Shown: one piece after another, positions 38,656 through 51,200 of the stretch
Numbering within the stretch: the first letter of the stretch is position 1
Layout: every line of letters starts with the position of its first letter
Assembly: GCA_965285935.1 (NCBI GenBank)
Contig: OZ260667.1
Span: 44,888,001-44,952,000 of the forward strand
DNA: 64,000 nucleotides
Origin: Ophelia neglecta
Lineage: Eukaryota
Direction of reading: 5' to 3'
Notes under the pieces: model-generated
Seen by the model: the letters and a program-made list of their open reading frames with translations, nothing else
The model's database searches: none
Told to the model about the DNA's origin: nothing
Translations under genes and position numbers: made by a program

Positions 38656-41645
38656 CCTACAATGAATTGTTCAAGCATACGACAGTGTCTGACTCGTTAC
38701 AGTCACCCTGACATGCCACCTCGTTGACAGGGTGAGAGGGCTAACCACAACCCTGCTTACCAGACTCCATCAAGGAAATCCTCCACCTGAAATGACAAAC
38801 ATGGACATACAACAGCATTATTGATTGACTGGATTCAAAGCATTTGGCACAAATTGTTTGTTTAATGGAGAAATGGCAGCTATCTCCGTCAACTACAATA
38901 TATCAATGCTTGGAATCTTGAGCATGTAAAGTCAGCTGCCCTAACTCAACAAGCCATATAAAGATGCAAAACACGGCCAATTTTGAACTTGGAAACAGTA
39001 TCTCATCTTGAAAATAACCATTTCTTTCCTTGTCAATTACCCTCTCTTTTTAATTTCGAACTACACCAAAAGGTGAACTAGCTTTGTACTTTTTAGGCAA
39101 TAACACAATATACATTGTGGGGAATGAAAGACACACACTCTGTATTTGTGCAGAATCTGGTGCATAGCCCAGTTAAGTCTGGCGCTCTTAATATGCTCAA
39201 ATATTGCTCAGCATGAAGCTTACTGTTATGGCAGTTACCATGCTCAGTAATCCAGTTGCGATCCATAAGCTACAAGAGTAACTGTTACAACCCCCCCTCC
39301 CCCCCCCCTAAATACATAGCAGTTCCAAGTTGTAACAGTTCACCAGGGGGGGAGAGGGATTAGTGGTAAAGTAAAATCGTTTTTGAAATTGGTTATTGTA
39401 AATCTCTTACTGAATTGAAAACAAAGTTGGTAGATGAATTGCTGTGAAGCTTTATTATTGGTATACAAATTGTTACAGGGTTTCTTCTTCCAAATACTAG
39501 TACACACATGTACATGTACATGTACACTAAATTGACCAGCTGCTAGTCATAATTTTTTTCACAAAAAAAACTTTTTATCAAAAAATGTTTTCAGCAACAG
39601 CAGTATCTATTTTGGATAATTACATGGGATTTGCCAGCATGTCATACCGCTCAGTTGAGTATTTAAGTACTTGGATCATAGAAAGCTTGTTTTTACAAAA
39701 TTTGGTGCACGATATCATTTGATCAACATAACACATATAATGAGAAACCATTTGCTGAGGGCCTAAAAGTATGTTAGATGATCACACCATGGCTGTTGGG
39801 AAGCTAAACACAGTTAGCTGTTAAGCATAATCTGGGTGGAAGATATATGGAGGAGATGGAAATGATTAAAGACTTGCATGTACATGTAATTACCTCATCA
39901 GGTGTACCATGCGTGGACGAATTATGCAAAGGAGAGGAATATGCATAGAGGCTTATTATCAGGTCTACCACGCATGGATGTACTCCTAGAGGAGAAATAC
40001 TTCTAGGCTTAACGCTAATATCCAGGATGCTTGAGGAAATGCATAAGTGTTTCAAAATAGAATTATTGACAAAGATCCAACGACAAATGAAAGATTCCAA
40101 ATGGGAGAGAATTCATCTTTGCACTCATATGACAGACTTCCATTTCTCAGAATTGATGTCCACCTGGATTATCTTTCTGTAATGCCTTGGTACTATAAAA
40201 GACAAGGGGTGAAGTTCTGGAAGGATCCACACTCAATTCAATTCTTTTCTCAGTTAATTACAATGGGTTTTGCACATGTTCTTAGACTTAACTTTAAGAC
40301 ATGAACTTGGGGAAAAACTATTTGTTTTTTATGAACTCAACAAATTCTGGTTGAAGTCTCCAAACTTCCAGAACTTCACCGCTGCTCTTAGTGGTGCAGA
40401 CTAAGGGTATAATTGTTCAAATATTAAACAAGCAACAATAAGAACATGAGTAGCTAAAATAGCTTTGGGTCAGATTGACACAATTATCCACCTCAAATTT
40501 ATTCTCGTAACATATGTAAAGAGCATTCGCTTTATCAAAAAAAAATTTAAATTCCTGCATAATTTTTGTTCGGCATTGATTATAAATTTTCCCCTTCATT
40601 TTTAGCTGTTACATGTGGCTGTTGAATATATCGCCTAGATATATATATAGCTTTCTAACAGTTTACAACACTATATTTTAAATTTTTATATTTTGAACTT
40701 CAACTCATGAAAACCTGTCCCCAAGTACAAAGCCTAGCCTTATTCTGAGGTCTGAATTGTACATTTTTACTTAATACCTCAAAAGTATCAGTGTAACCTT
40801 TCTTAACATTTTTGAAATGGCTTTTATACACAAGCTAAACTTTTTTCACCTGATGATTTGGCAAGAGTTGCTATGGTAACATTCATTCACATACTAGGGG
40901 AGCAAATTGAGACCAAACTATGGCCGAATTGTTCAAATAGTGATACAAGCAACAAACTTGACATGGGTTAAAGCAATTTGCTGTGGGTTAGTTTGAGAAA
41001 ATCAGCCACCCCAAATTCCCCCTTATTGCCAGGGTAACAAGCATTCAATTTATAAAATGACACCTCCGAATATAATCTCCTTTATCTTAATATGTTTACA
41101 TTAGACAAAATAAATGTTAACTTCTCACTTGTTAGAAAAAATAAACTGCTGAGCACTTGCACAGAACATTCATTCGCATACATGTGTCAAGACTTATTAT
41201 TAGTACATGGTTCATACAATAACGTACCCAGATCCATTGGCTCATACTGACATGAGTAAATTACTGCAAATTAATGCACAATTTGACAATACCCATGTAT
41301 ACCCATTTTCAAATCCACTGCAGTACTGGTAGGTCCTTTATTCTAAATCAACAATGAACAAGCATTCGTGCAGAAAAGGCTACCATTTGGATCTCGACAA
41401 TTTTACACATTCAAACGTCATGGTGTACTCTTCTTCAAATCCCACACTGTAAATGGCGTCCAGTTTAGACACAGGGGCATTTGCTCGTTCATGTACACAT
41501 TTAAAAGATTTTGGCAAGTGGTGTCTTACACCAAAATAGCTTTATCCAGCTTTTTTTTTAGCTTTTTCTCTGCTTGTCATTTGATCAATCCTTACCAAAC
41601 ATATCTCCAATAAGGGGGGGGGGGGGGGAACCATAGAAGTTGACA

Positions 41646-42793
41646 ACCTGATGACTGGCTTACATGACCTGATGACTGGCCTACATGACCTGATGACTGG
41701 CCTATAGGGCCTGACATCTAGCCTTCATGACCTGATGACTGGCCAACATGACCTGCTGACTGGCCTACATGACCTGCTGACTGGCCTACATGACCTGATG
41801 ACTGACTCACATGGCCTGATGGCTGGCCTACATGACCTGATGACTGGCCTACATGGCCTGATGGCTGGCCTACATGACCTGATGACTGGCCTATAGGGCC
41901 TGATATCTAGCCTTCATGACCTGATGACTGGTCTACATGGCCTGATGACTTGCCTACATGGCCTGATGGCTGGCCTAAATGGCCTGATGGCTGGCCTACA
42001 TGACCTGATGACTGGCCTATAGGGCCTGATATCTAGCCTTCATGACCTGATGACTGGTCTACATGGCCTGATGACTTGCCTACATGGCCTGATGGCTGGC
42101 CTACATGACCTGATGACTGGCCTACATGACCTGATGACTGGCCTACATGACCTGATGGCTGGCCTACATGACCTGATGACTGGCCTACATGACCTGATGA
42201 CTGGCCTATAGGGCCTGATATCTAGCCTTTATGACCTGGTGTCTGGCCTACATGACCTGGTGACTGGCCTTCATGGCCTGATGGCTGGCCTACATGACCT
42301 GATGACTGGCCTATAGGGCCTGATATCTAGCCTTCATGACCTGATGACTGGTCTACATGGCCTGATGACTTGCCTACATGGCCTGATGGCTGGCCTACAT
42401 GACCTGATGACTGGCCTACATGACCTGATGACTGGCCTACATGACCTGATGGCTGGCCTACATGACCTGATGACTGGCCTACATGACCTGATGACTGGCC
42501 TTTAGGGCCTGATATCTAGCCTTTATGACCTGGTGTCTGGCCTACATGACCTGGTGACTGGCCTACATGGCCTGATGGCTGGCCTACATGACCTGATGAC
42601 TGACTCAAATGGCCTGTTGACTAGCCTTCATGGTCTGATGACAGGCCACCATGGTCTGATGGCTGGCCTTTATGACCTGATGACTGGCCTACATGGTCTG
42701 ATGACTGGCCTACATGACCTAATGACTGACTAACGTGGCCTGTTGACTAGCCTACATGGCCTGATGGCTGGCCTACATAGGCTGCTGACTGGC
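41646..42793. repeat. 21-bp minisatellite (catgacctgatgactggccta)n, ~54 units
   Basis: Direct reading. Variant unit tagggcctgatatctagcctt marks a 294-bp block duplication. Confidence 0.95.
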
Positions 42794-44290
42794 CCCAAGC
42801 CGCAGCCATACTGATGGTGATAAAAGGGATTTATTGAACATACTGGTACCTGATGGAATATTGCCTGAAGATATATCAAGGATACATACATATATGATAT
42901 GATATATGTACATGGCCAAATAGGCCTTTGTATGCATACAAACACACTTCACCAGACAATTGCAATTACCTGAAATACATAGACATTTGGCATGATTGGT
43001 TGAAAGATGCATGCCTTACCCATTCATATTTCAGCCATTACATATTGTCATAAAAAGCATGCCAGTCAATCAATACCATTAATTTTACCAGCCTGCACCC
43101 ACTACCTGTAACTTATATTGATAATATTGTGGGTGCACCAGGGTGCCCTGAAAAACAATATCCTCCTTTCCACTCAGGATATAGTTAGACCTACCCCACT
43201 TTGAGCGTTGGCAGGTTGTTTTTAAACGTTTTTAAAGCCCAGCCCAAGCTTTCATGGCAAAAATGCTGCCTCTCACAGTCTCAATTGGCTGGATTAACCA
43301 TTATATACTCACGATATTTCTGCCAGTAATGCCTTGAATGTTATGCACCAAGCAGTGCAGCCGGAATTCCACAGTGAACTGCCACTGGATTGAATATTCA
43401 TTAATGGAAATGAAATCATGCAAGGGCCATTGAGGCTAGGATTTTGTCCTGAATTCCTCCATTCACGGTCTTTTATGTTGGCCATCACAAAGAATCTTGG
43501 CCAAACAAGGTCAAGGCATGCTGTGTACAATATTGTGTATGTGAAACACTGACCAACTGTTGTAAAATATAGTTCTATCATCACGCCTAGGAATCGTTAG
43601 AATCATATCCATGCGGTTATGTCTGTAGCCGCTTCGCTCGCCAAATCCGGTTAGGGTTCAATCGGCACAGAAACAGCGCCAATGCTCCACCGAGGTAAAT
43701 ATCTTGCCGCTTTTTTTACTCTATAATGTAAATTTCTGAAATCGGCGAATGTAATTCTACTCCTTGGTAACATATTTATCATCCCATGTATGAAAGTCGT
43801 CTGAACGGCGCTTCAGTTGCCGGTAATATCTTTCATTTCAACGCAATGACCCGTTTAATCATTCAAGTGGAATGTGTAATTTCAGTTTGAGCACGTTCCT
43901 TACCAGTAACACACTTCTAACCATCTATACTTGAGTGATAAATATTCCCACGGCTCATAGAAAGCCGCTGTAGCCGTTTTAGTTGTATGGTGCCTTTTGC
44001 AGCAACCAAAACTATATATTGACATTTGGATATGATTCAATCGTCGAAGTTAAGATTCAATCGAGTATATATTTACTATAGAACAGAGGCTTCCAGCTAC
44101 TAAAACTGCATACTATGCGGTTGTCAATTGGGAAGTTATTTGTTATTAGGCAGGCCATTATTCTAAATTTGTTTATCAATGGAATAATATTGGATATCAC
44201 CTGCTATAGTTCAAAATCTAGTTCAAATGCAGTTTGCGCACAATTTCGTATAAATTGACACATTTCTTTTCTATTTATTTACTTCAGATA

Positions 44291-44851
44291 ATGAGCCAGA
44301 GTGCAAGATATTGGTGCGACGCATGTGGCAGGACTTTCAGTACGAAGTACCGAATGAAATTCCACCAACGTAATTACCACGGAGACGAGAGTGTGCCAGA
44401 AACAAAGTGTTCCTATTGCGAAAAAACATTTGCCACTGCCACCGTGAGGAGAAAACATGAGAAAGAAATACACATGGGGGCAAAACCATTCCCATGTAAA
44501 ACATGCGACAAAAGGTTTTCCTCTCAGTCAGACCTCAATGGTCATATTCGGGCATGTCACCCGGAGGCAGGATTAGAGAGATTTCGTTGCGAAAAGTGTG
44601 ATGCGACATTTTCCTACAAGAGCTGCCTCAAACAGCATCTGTCCACATGCGATTCAAATACCAAAACCTACAGTTGCCCAGAGTGCCCTAACGTCTACAT
44701 GTCCAAACGTGCAGTACAATTACACGTAACAGCAAAGCATCGTCCTGTCAACCAAATTTGCGAATTTTGTGGTGCCTCATTCACCTACAAGTTCTCCTGT
44801 GAAAGGCACAAGCAACGGAAACACGGTGGACAAAAGTTTTCATGGTTATAG
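44291..44851 (+). CDS. Transposon-borne zinc-finger protein (5 C2H2 + 1 C2HC fingers, 186 aa)
   Basis: Six CxxC-x12-H-x3/4-H/C units, GAKPFPC linker. ATG follows the acceptor tttacttcag at 44287. Confidence 0.88.
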   Translation: MSQSARYWCDACGRTFSTKYRMKFHQRNYHGDESVPETKCSYCEKTFATATVRRKHEKEIHMGAKPFPCKTCDKRFSSQSDLNGHIRACHPEAGLERFRCEKCDATFSYKSCLKQHLSTCDSNTKTYSCPECPNVYMSKRAVQLHVTAKHRPVNQICEFCGASFTYKFSCERHKQRKHGGQKFSWL

Positions 44852-45032
44852 TAAATTTGTGGGGACTCTTGAGAGGTGTAAATGATATCCTAAGTCTTTT
44901 ACTTTGGGGTGACTTGGCAGGACTCGGCAGTGGAGAAGTATTGTTTTCTAAACTCATTCGGAATTTGTACGAATTTCGTTTCGTTCTTGAGAGAAATAAC
45001 CCTCGTTTTCTCTTTCCTCTAAAGAATGCCAT
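44781..45032 (-). pseudogene. N-terminal fragment of a second transposon gene (basic NLS-like stretch, S/TP-rich), probably cut by an internal deletion
   Basis: ATG directly after acceptor ttatttgctttcag. Reads MAFFRGKRKR...SPLPSPAKSPQSKRLRISFTPLKSPHK, then runs into the antisense of the ZF ORF. Confidence 0.5.
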
Positions 45033-46139
45033 CTGAAAGCAAATAACAGCTGATATCAATATCATTCAATTTTCCATGCGTATATATATTTTCCCTGTCC
45101 AAAAAGGCTCACAGTAGGTAGCAGGGCAGTAATAGGCAATCATATTAGTCATTTGATGATGGTTATGGAGTGCGTTTCCACCTCGATATAATCATATCTT
45201 CAGAGATAGAATCATAACCACATTTTACATTAATTTCCCCAAGATAAGTGCGTTCACAAGAAGGCTGTAAATAATGTAGCGTATTCCTGTGAACAGGACG
45301 AAACTTTCGGACATATATTTCGCCCCGTATACACATTAAAAACCACCCAAAAGCTAACCTTAGCGCCAAACATGTTGGATTTAGAGGGACGACATTGATA
45401 AATGAAGGAAATTTGAGGCATTTCGAAGCACTGTTTAAACACACTTCTTTATCAAATGAATCGTGGATAACCGTAGGGTAGAATTACATTCGCCGATTTC
45501 AGAAATTTACATTATAGAGTAAAAAAAGCGGCAAGATATTTACCTCGGTGGAGCTTTGGCGCTGTTTCTGTGCCGATTGAACCCTAACCGGATTTGGCGA
45601 GCGAAGCGGCTACAGACATAACCGCATGGATATGATTCTAACGATTCCTAGGCGTGATCATGGGACCAGTAAAAAGCATGGATTAAAGTGATTGTTAATT
45701 TGAAGTGTTTGGTATCGGAATGTGTTTGGGTTTTAAGGTGCTGGGCTGTGGCATATACAACGTACATGTATTCACTTAACCCCCCCCCCCCCTTTCCATC
45801 CCTGAGACCATTACCACAATAACCATAACTCCAAATCTATCCACACACTTTCATCCAATAGGACAGACATTATTAAATCTTTCAGTTCATGGAAGCACCA
45901 ATAGGCACATTAGTCCTCCTAGGGGTTCTGGGGGCATATCCTTACCCCACGGATGCTTACATACCCCAATAGTACAGAATTTTATTGATAGAGAGGAGTG
46001 GTGACATTATGTCACTAAAGCAAATAGCCACACAGTAATACCATTTGCTGCAATCTCCGCTGCACTACAGTGAAGTTGTTGAGGAATACTTAAGTTGATG
46101 TTAGCATGACAAAATAATGGGATTTCAAACTCAATTCCG

Positions 46140-46482
46140 GCAGTAGTTTTCTGCCACAGTCTAAGAATGCTCAAGGGCAGTGAGTTTTCGGTCCTGTAAA
46201 ACATTTACAATCCAATAAATTGATTCTGAATTGTAGGGGTTAGGTAAAAATCACGCTTGACGATATATCACATGTGTTAATGTGGGGTAACATGACTTTC
46301 TGCCTCGTATATTGCCACCATAATGGAATCATAAAGAAGCACAAGCTGGTAATATATATATATTGTCAAATGTGATTTTTACCTAACCCCTTTTTGTCTA
46401 CATGGCAATTAAGAAACAAATTATTGGATTGTGCATGTTTCACAGAACCGAAAACTCACTGCCCTTCTTAGAAAACTACTGC
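46140..46482. mobile_element. Small foldback element / MITE with long imperfect inverted arms
   Basis: gcagtagttttct...aagggcagtgagttttcggt...aggggttaggtaaaaatcac is mirrored by gtgatttttacctaacccct...accgaaaactcactgccctt...agaaaactactgc. Confidence 0.7.
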
Positions 46483-46514
46483 ACGGAATGGGAGAAAAGT
46501 GAGGCATTGCTTTA

Positions 46515-48250
46515 AGGACCGGATCACTGCCCCAGGACACAGGAGACAAAGGACAGGATCACTGCCACCGGAGGAAACAGGAGACCCGAGAAGAGGATCA
46601 TTGCCACAGGAGGACCAAGGAGGACACAGGAGACCAAGGACAGGATCACTGCCACCGGGGGAAAACAGGAGACCAAGGACAGGATCATTGCCACGGAAGG
46701 AAAAAGGAGGACAAAGGAGGACACAGGAGGACACTGGAGACCAAGGACCGGATCACTGACTCAGGGGGACACAAGAAACCGGGACAGGACCACAGCCACA
46801 GGAGGAAACAGGAGACCCAAGGACAGGACCACAGCCACAGGAGGAAACAGGAGACCAAGGACAGGACCACAGCCACAGGAGGAAACAGGAGACCAAAGCC
46901 AGGATCACAGCCACAGGAGGAAACAGGAGACCAAGGACAGGATCACAGCCACAGGAGGAAACAGGAGACCAAGGACAGGATCACAGCCACAAGAGGAAAC
47001 AGGAGACCAAGGACAGGACCACAGCCACAGGAAGAAACAGGAGACCAAGGACAGGATCACAGCCACAGGAGGAAACAGGAGACCAAGGACAGGATCACAT
47101 CCACAGGAGGAAACAGGAGACCCAAGGACAGGACCACAGCCACAGGAGGAAACAGGAGACCAAGGACAGGACCACAGCCACAGGAGGAAACAGGAGACCA
47201 AGGACAGGATCACAGCCACAGGAGGAAACAGGAGACCAAGGACAGGACCACAGCCACAGGAGGAAACAGGAGACCAAGGACAGGATCACATCCACAGGAG
47301 GAAACAGGAGACCCAAGGACAGGATCACATCCACAGGAGGAAACAGGAGACCCAAGGACAGGACCACAGCCACAGGAGGAAACAGGAGACCAAGGACAGG
47401 ACCACAGCCACAGGAGGAAACAGGAGACCAAGGACAGGATCACAGCCACAGGAGGAAACAGGAGACCAAGGACAGGACCACAGCCACAGGAGGAAACAGG
47501 AGACCAAAGCCAGGATCACAGCCACAGGAGGAAACAGGAGACCAAGGACAGGATCACAGCCACAGGAGGAAACAGGAGACCAAGGACAGGATCACAGCCA
47601 CAAGAGGAAACAGGAGACCAAGGACAGGACCACAGCCACAGGAGGAAACAGGAGACCAAGGACAGGATCACAGCCACAGGAGGAAACAGGAGACCAAGGA
47701 CAGGATCACATCCACAGGAGGAAACAGGAGACCCAAGGACAGGACCACAGCCACAGGAGGAAACAGGAGACCAAGGACAGGACCACAGCCACAGGAGGAA
47801 ACAGGAGACCAAGGACAGGATCACATCCACAGGAGGAAACAGGAGACCCAAGGACAGGATCACATCCACAGGAGGAAACAGGAGACCCAAGGACAGGACC
47901 ACAGCCACAGGAGGAAACAGGAGACCAAGGACAGGATCACATCCACAGGAGGAAACAGGAGACCCAAGGACAGGATCACATCCACAGGAGGAAACAGGAG
48001 ACCAAAGCCAGGATAACAGCCACAAGAGGAAACAGGAGACCAAGGACAGGACCACAGCCACAGGAGGAAACAGGAGACCAAGGACAGGATCACATCCACA
48101 GGAGGAAACAGGAGACCCAAGGACAGGATCACATCCACAGGAGGAAACAGGAGACCAAAGCCAGGATAACAGCCACAAGAGGAAACAGGAGACCAAGGAC
48201 AGGATCACAGCCACTGGAGACACAGGAGATTCAAGACAAGATCACAGATG
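46515..48250. repeat. 38/39-bp purine-rich minisatellite (aggaggaaacaggagaccaaggacaggatcacagccac)n
   Basis: Homogeneous core about 46780-48215 with degenerate edges. 611-bp higher-order duplication. Confidence 0.95.
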
Positions 48251-51200
48251 CAAGACAAAAGAGGCACAAGATAATATCAATGACAAATGAAGAGGACACA
48301 AAGGAGGCCCTGCATTGAAGTTTTACTTGAAATAAAAAAACTACTTGTTGGAAATATGGTGAATATACTGCAACAAGCAAAATGTTATTTGGAATTACAG
48401 TTCGCTGCGGTTATTGTTTGAGAGAATATGGCAATTTCTGAAAATAGTACAGGACATTATTTGTTGTGATGTGCTAAGGCTGGAATTTATGCTTGTGGGT
48501 TACAACATCATGATTAAAGTCTGAACATGGCCTTATCATACCTAGTGAACTTCAAGGCTGAATTAACAGGATTATGTCTGGGGGTCGCTGGGCACTGATG
48601 TACAAGAGTGCTGAAGAACGATCATTTCCAGCCAAATTAACCTGCTTTGTGCAGCCTTAAATATCTTTGGAAGACCTAGCTGCCTGACATGATATCAAAA
48701 GCTCTGCCTTCATCTTATGTTTGGTTAGTGTAGAGTGCTTGCCAAACAAGTACATGTAGCAAGTGTTGTCTTGTAAGCCTCGCCCATGGATAGGTCAAGA
48801 TTGCCACAGGTCTCTCGTCACCTTTAATTGTCATAATAGTAAGTTATATTTTTCCTTATCAGTGGTGCATTTTACAGTAAAATGTTACTGAACATGGTCT
48901 TTACCATTTAAGTCCTGGAGGTCAGCATTGCAAAAATATGGTCAAATTACTTACTATAAACACCAGATTCCAATAAAAGATGAAAGCCATGGAATCCAAG
49001 TGAGCCACTAAGTCATGTGGGCCTCACCATAGAAGCCACAGCTACATCATGGGCATTGTACCAGAGATGTACAGGTATAGAGAGATGTAAAGAGATAAAA
49101 AATCTATTTTGTACAATCAGAGATGTAATTAAACGCTCTTTTTACCACAATTCTAAGAACTCAAGCAAAAAGAGTAGTTTGCGCTATTTCTGTCATCAAA
49201 AAATGTGCCACTTTACTGTCAGTTAGGGACATGGTTTTGCATCTATATAAAGGCACAGCACTCACAGCAAAATCCCTCCCCAAGCCTTTTACAGATGAGG
49301 GTACCTAGAAGCAACAACCCATCTCTATGAACAAATTGGCTTAACAAAGCTATATAGAAATGAATATTACAAAATTTTCCTCAACATTTGCTGGTCCTTT
49401 TAGGTACTCAAGCCATAAGATGTGGCCCACATAGTTTGGATGCACATATACTATTGGTACTTACCCTCTAAATAATCCAAGGTCATTCAGAGGAGGTACA
49501 AATACCCTACCTATATCTACTGCCTCACACGTGTTAATGAAAGCTCACACAGGACCTGTGTGGTGCTATCCACCCACGTATCAATAGAGATTACATACAG
49601 CTAAGGCCTGCATGCATGTATTCTTGCCGTGACTATCCTTTCAGTAATAGCATAGTAATAGCATACCTTTATTTGGTTTTAAAAAAACCTTATTGATTTA
49701 GCACAGACATGCCAACACCCCTTCCATATGCATGCATATAGACACATTAAACAAATTATACAAAGTAGGCCAGTTATTCAAATGAATAACAGTTCATTTC
49801 AGTGCAAGCTAGACAGTGAAAAGGAATGAACCACATTCACCCACCTGGGTAAAACATGAATACCCTATTATGTAAGTCCAGCGAAATCATTTATCCACTT
49901 TTGACACCGTGTGGTTATGTCTGGTACATGTATAGTGTTCGGCAAGATCTAGGGAGTGTTCATTATTAAAAGCCAGTGTGGGGTGGGAACAGATTTTGGG
50001 GGGCAGGTCACACAAGTTTTGCCCATATCTGGGAGGAGGGGAGGGAGGGAAGGGGAGGGGGTTTCCAATCTATACTGCATGGTGCCCAAGTAATTTGCCA
50101 GGATTCCCTAATGCATGTAATAATGAATCGGATTTATTAAAGTTTCAGCATATCACTACCAAACCAATTGGTACTTTAACTATATCATATACATGTACAT
50201 TAACATTGTTTGTGATTAACATTATTTGTGGACTTACCAAAAAAGACTCCATGCTTAAACTAAACTGGTGATAGATGTTAAGATCAACTTGACATTGGAT
50301 GAATGTGCTGGTATCTCAGCACCTACATGTATACCGGATGCTCTCGAGTGTAAGCTGTCAAGTGAGGGGTACGAACAATTCAAGTATGCTATTGTAATTT
50401 CCTATCAGTCTAAAAAACTCCCTGACAGGTTGGTTTTTATGCTAGATGACCAAACTCTCCATAATCCAATACTAAATCTCAAAATTCATTTGTGGTATCT
50501 CAGTATATTATTAGTGATTCAAACAGAATGCTAGAGGCTGTGTGCTAACTAAGAACAAGTTAGAGAAATAAACAGTTTTGTGGCTTCCTATTTGTCTTAA
50601 ATACCCAGCTATGGCTAATTGTACACCTAGCAGTATAGCCACAAATCCATACATTATCATATGCATGGGCTAATTCCTATAGTTGACCTAAATAATCGTC
50701 TCCGAACTTACTGAAAATGGATGAGTGATAATATTATTGCGTTTCTCAATTTCTTATTTACACATTTATCCCCAAACCCCTTCACCTTCTTGATACTTCC
50801 TAATAATAGGTTGTTCAATGTTTGTTTAGTAACAGACTGGCGAATGCCATACTATATCATGTAAACATAAAGCCACTCAGCTACCAGCTTAACAGTTTAA
50901 AGCAACAAAACCCAGACTACTGTGTGGGCATAGGTAGTTTTAAACAAAGGGCAATATGGCATGGTTTTTGCACCCTGCTTAGTGGTTTTCACTCCACTAC
51001 TCTTCGAACTAACGTCAATGGTAGTATTTTTGTATATAAGCGGGCAGGGCAGATTTTTGCGGCTATTCAAGAGGAATAAAAATGGATTTAGCAGTTAATT
51101 TGTTTATATCTCTCTGTCTGCTTTGCCACAAAACTATATACAGTAATAGTATAACTTTACAGCAAGCAATAATAGTCCATACATGTACATGTACATGTGT

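Larger units (their letters stand above)
43582..45656. mobile_element. Young CAC...GTG DNA transposon (CMC/Transib-like) with 179-bp TIRs and two convergent ORFs
   Basis: TIRs 43582-43760 and 45478-45656 differ at one position that I can see. Direct repeat ATCAT at 43577-81 and 45657-61. Confidence 0.93.

Noticed and set aside
39600-40260. Possible very old LINE remnant (LGGRYMEEMEMIKDL)
   Set aside because: Only one weak motif; too decayed to support a call.
40867-40880. RFX X-box GTTGCTATGGTAAC
   Set aside because: Similar motifs at 15989, 25118 and 41026 lie in what look like decayed repeat fragments, and there is no promoter context.
46468-48223. Many hydrophobic or Cys-rich ORFs on the minus strand
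   Set aside because: Translations of the 38/39-bp minisatellite that shift frame with every unit.
41646-48250. Regular repeats as possible CRISPR arrays
   Set aside because: Units are head-to-tail with no unique spacers, there are no cas genes, and the context is eukaryotic.
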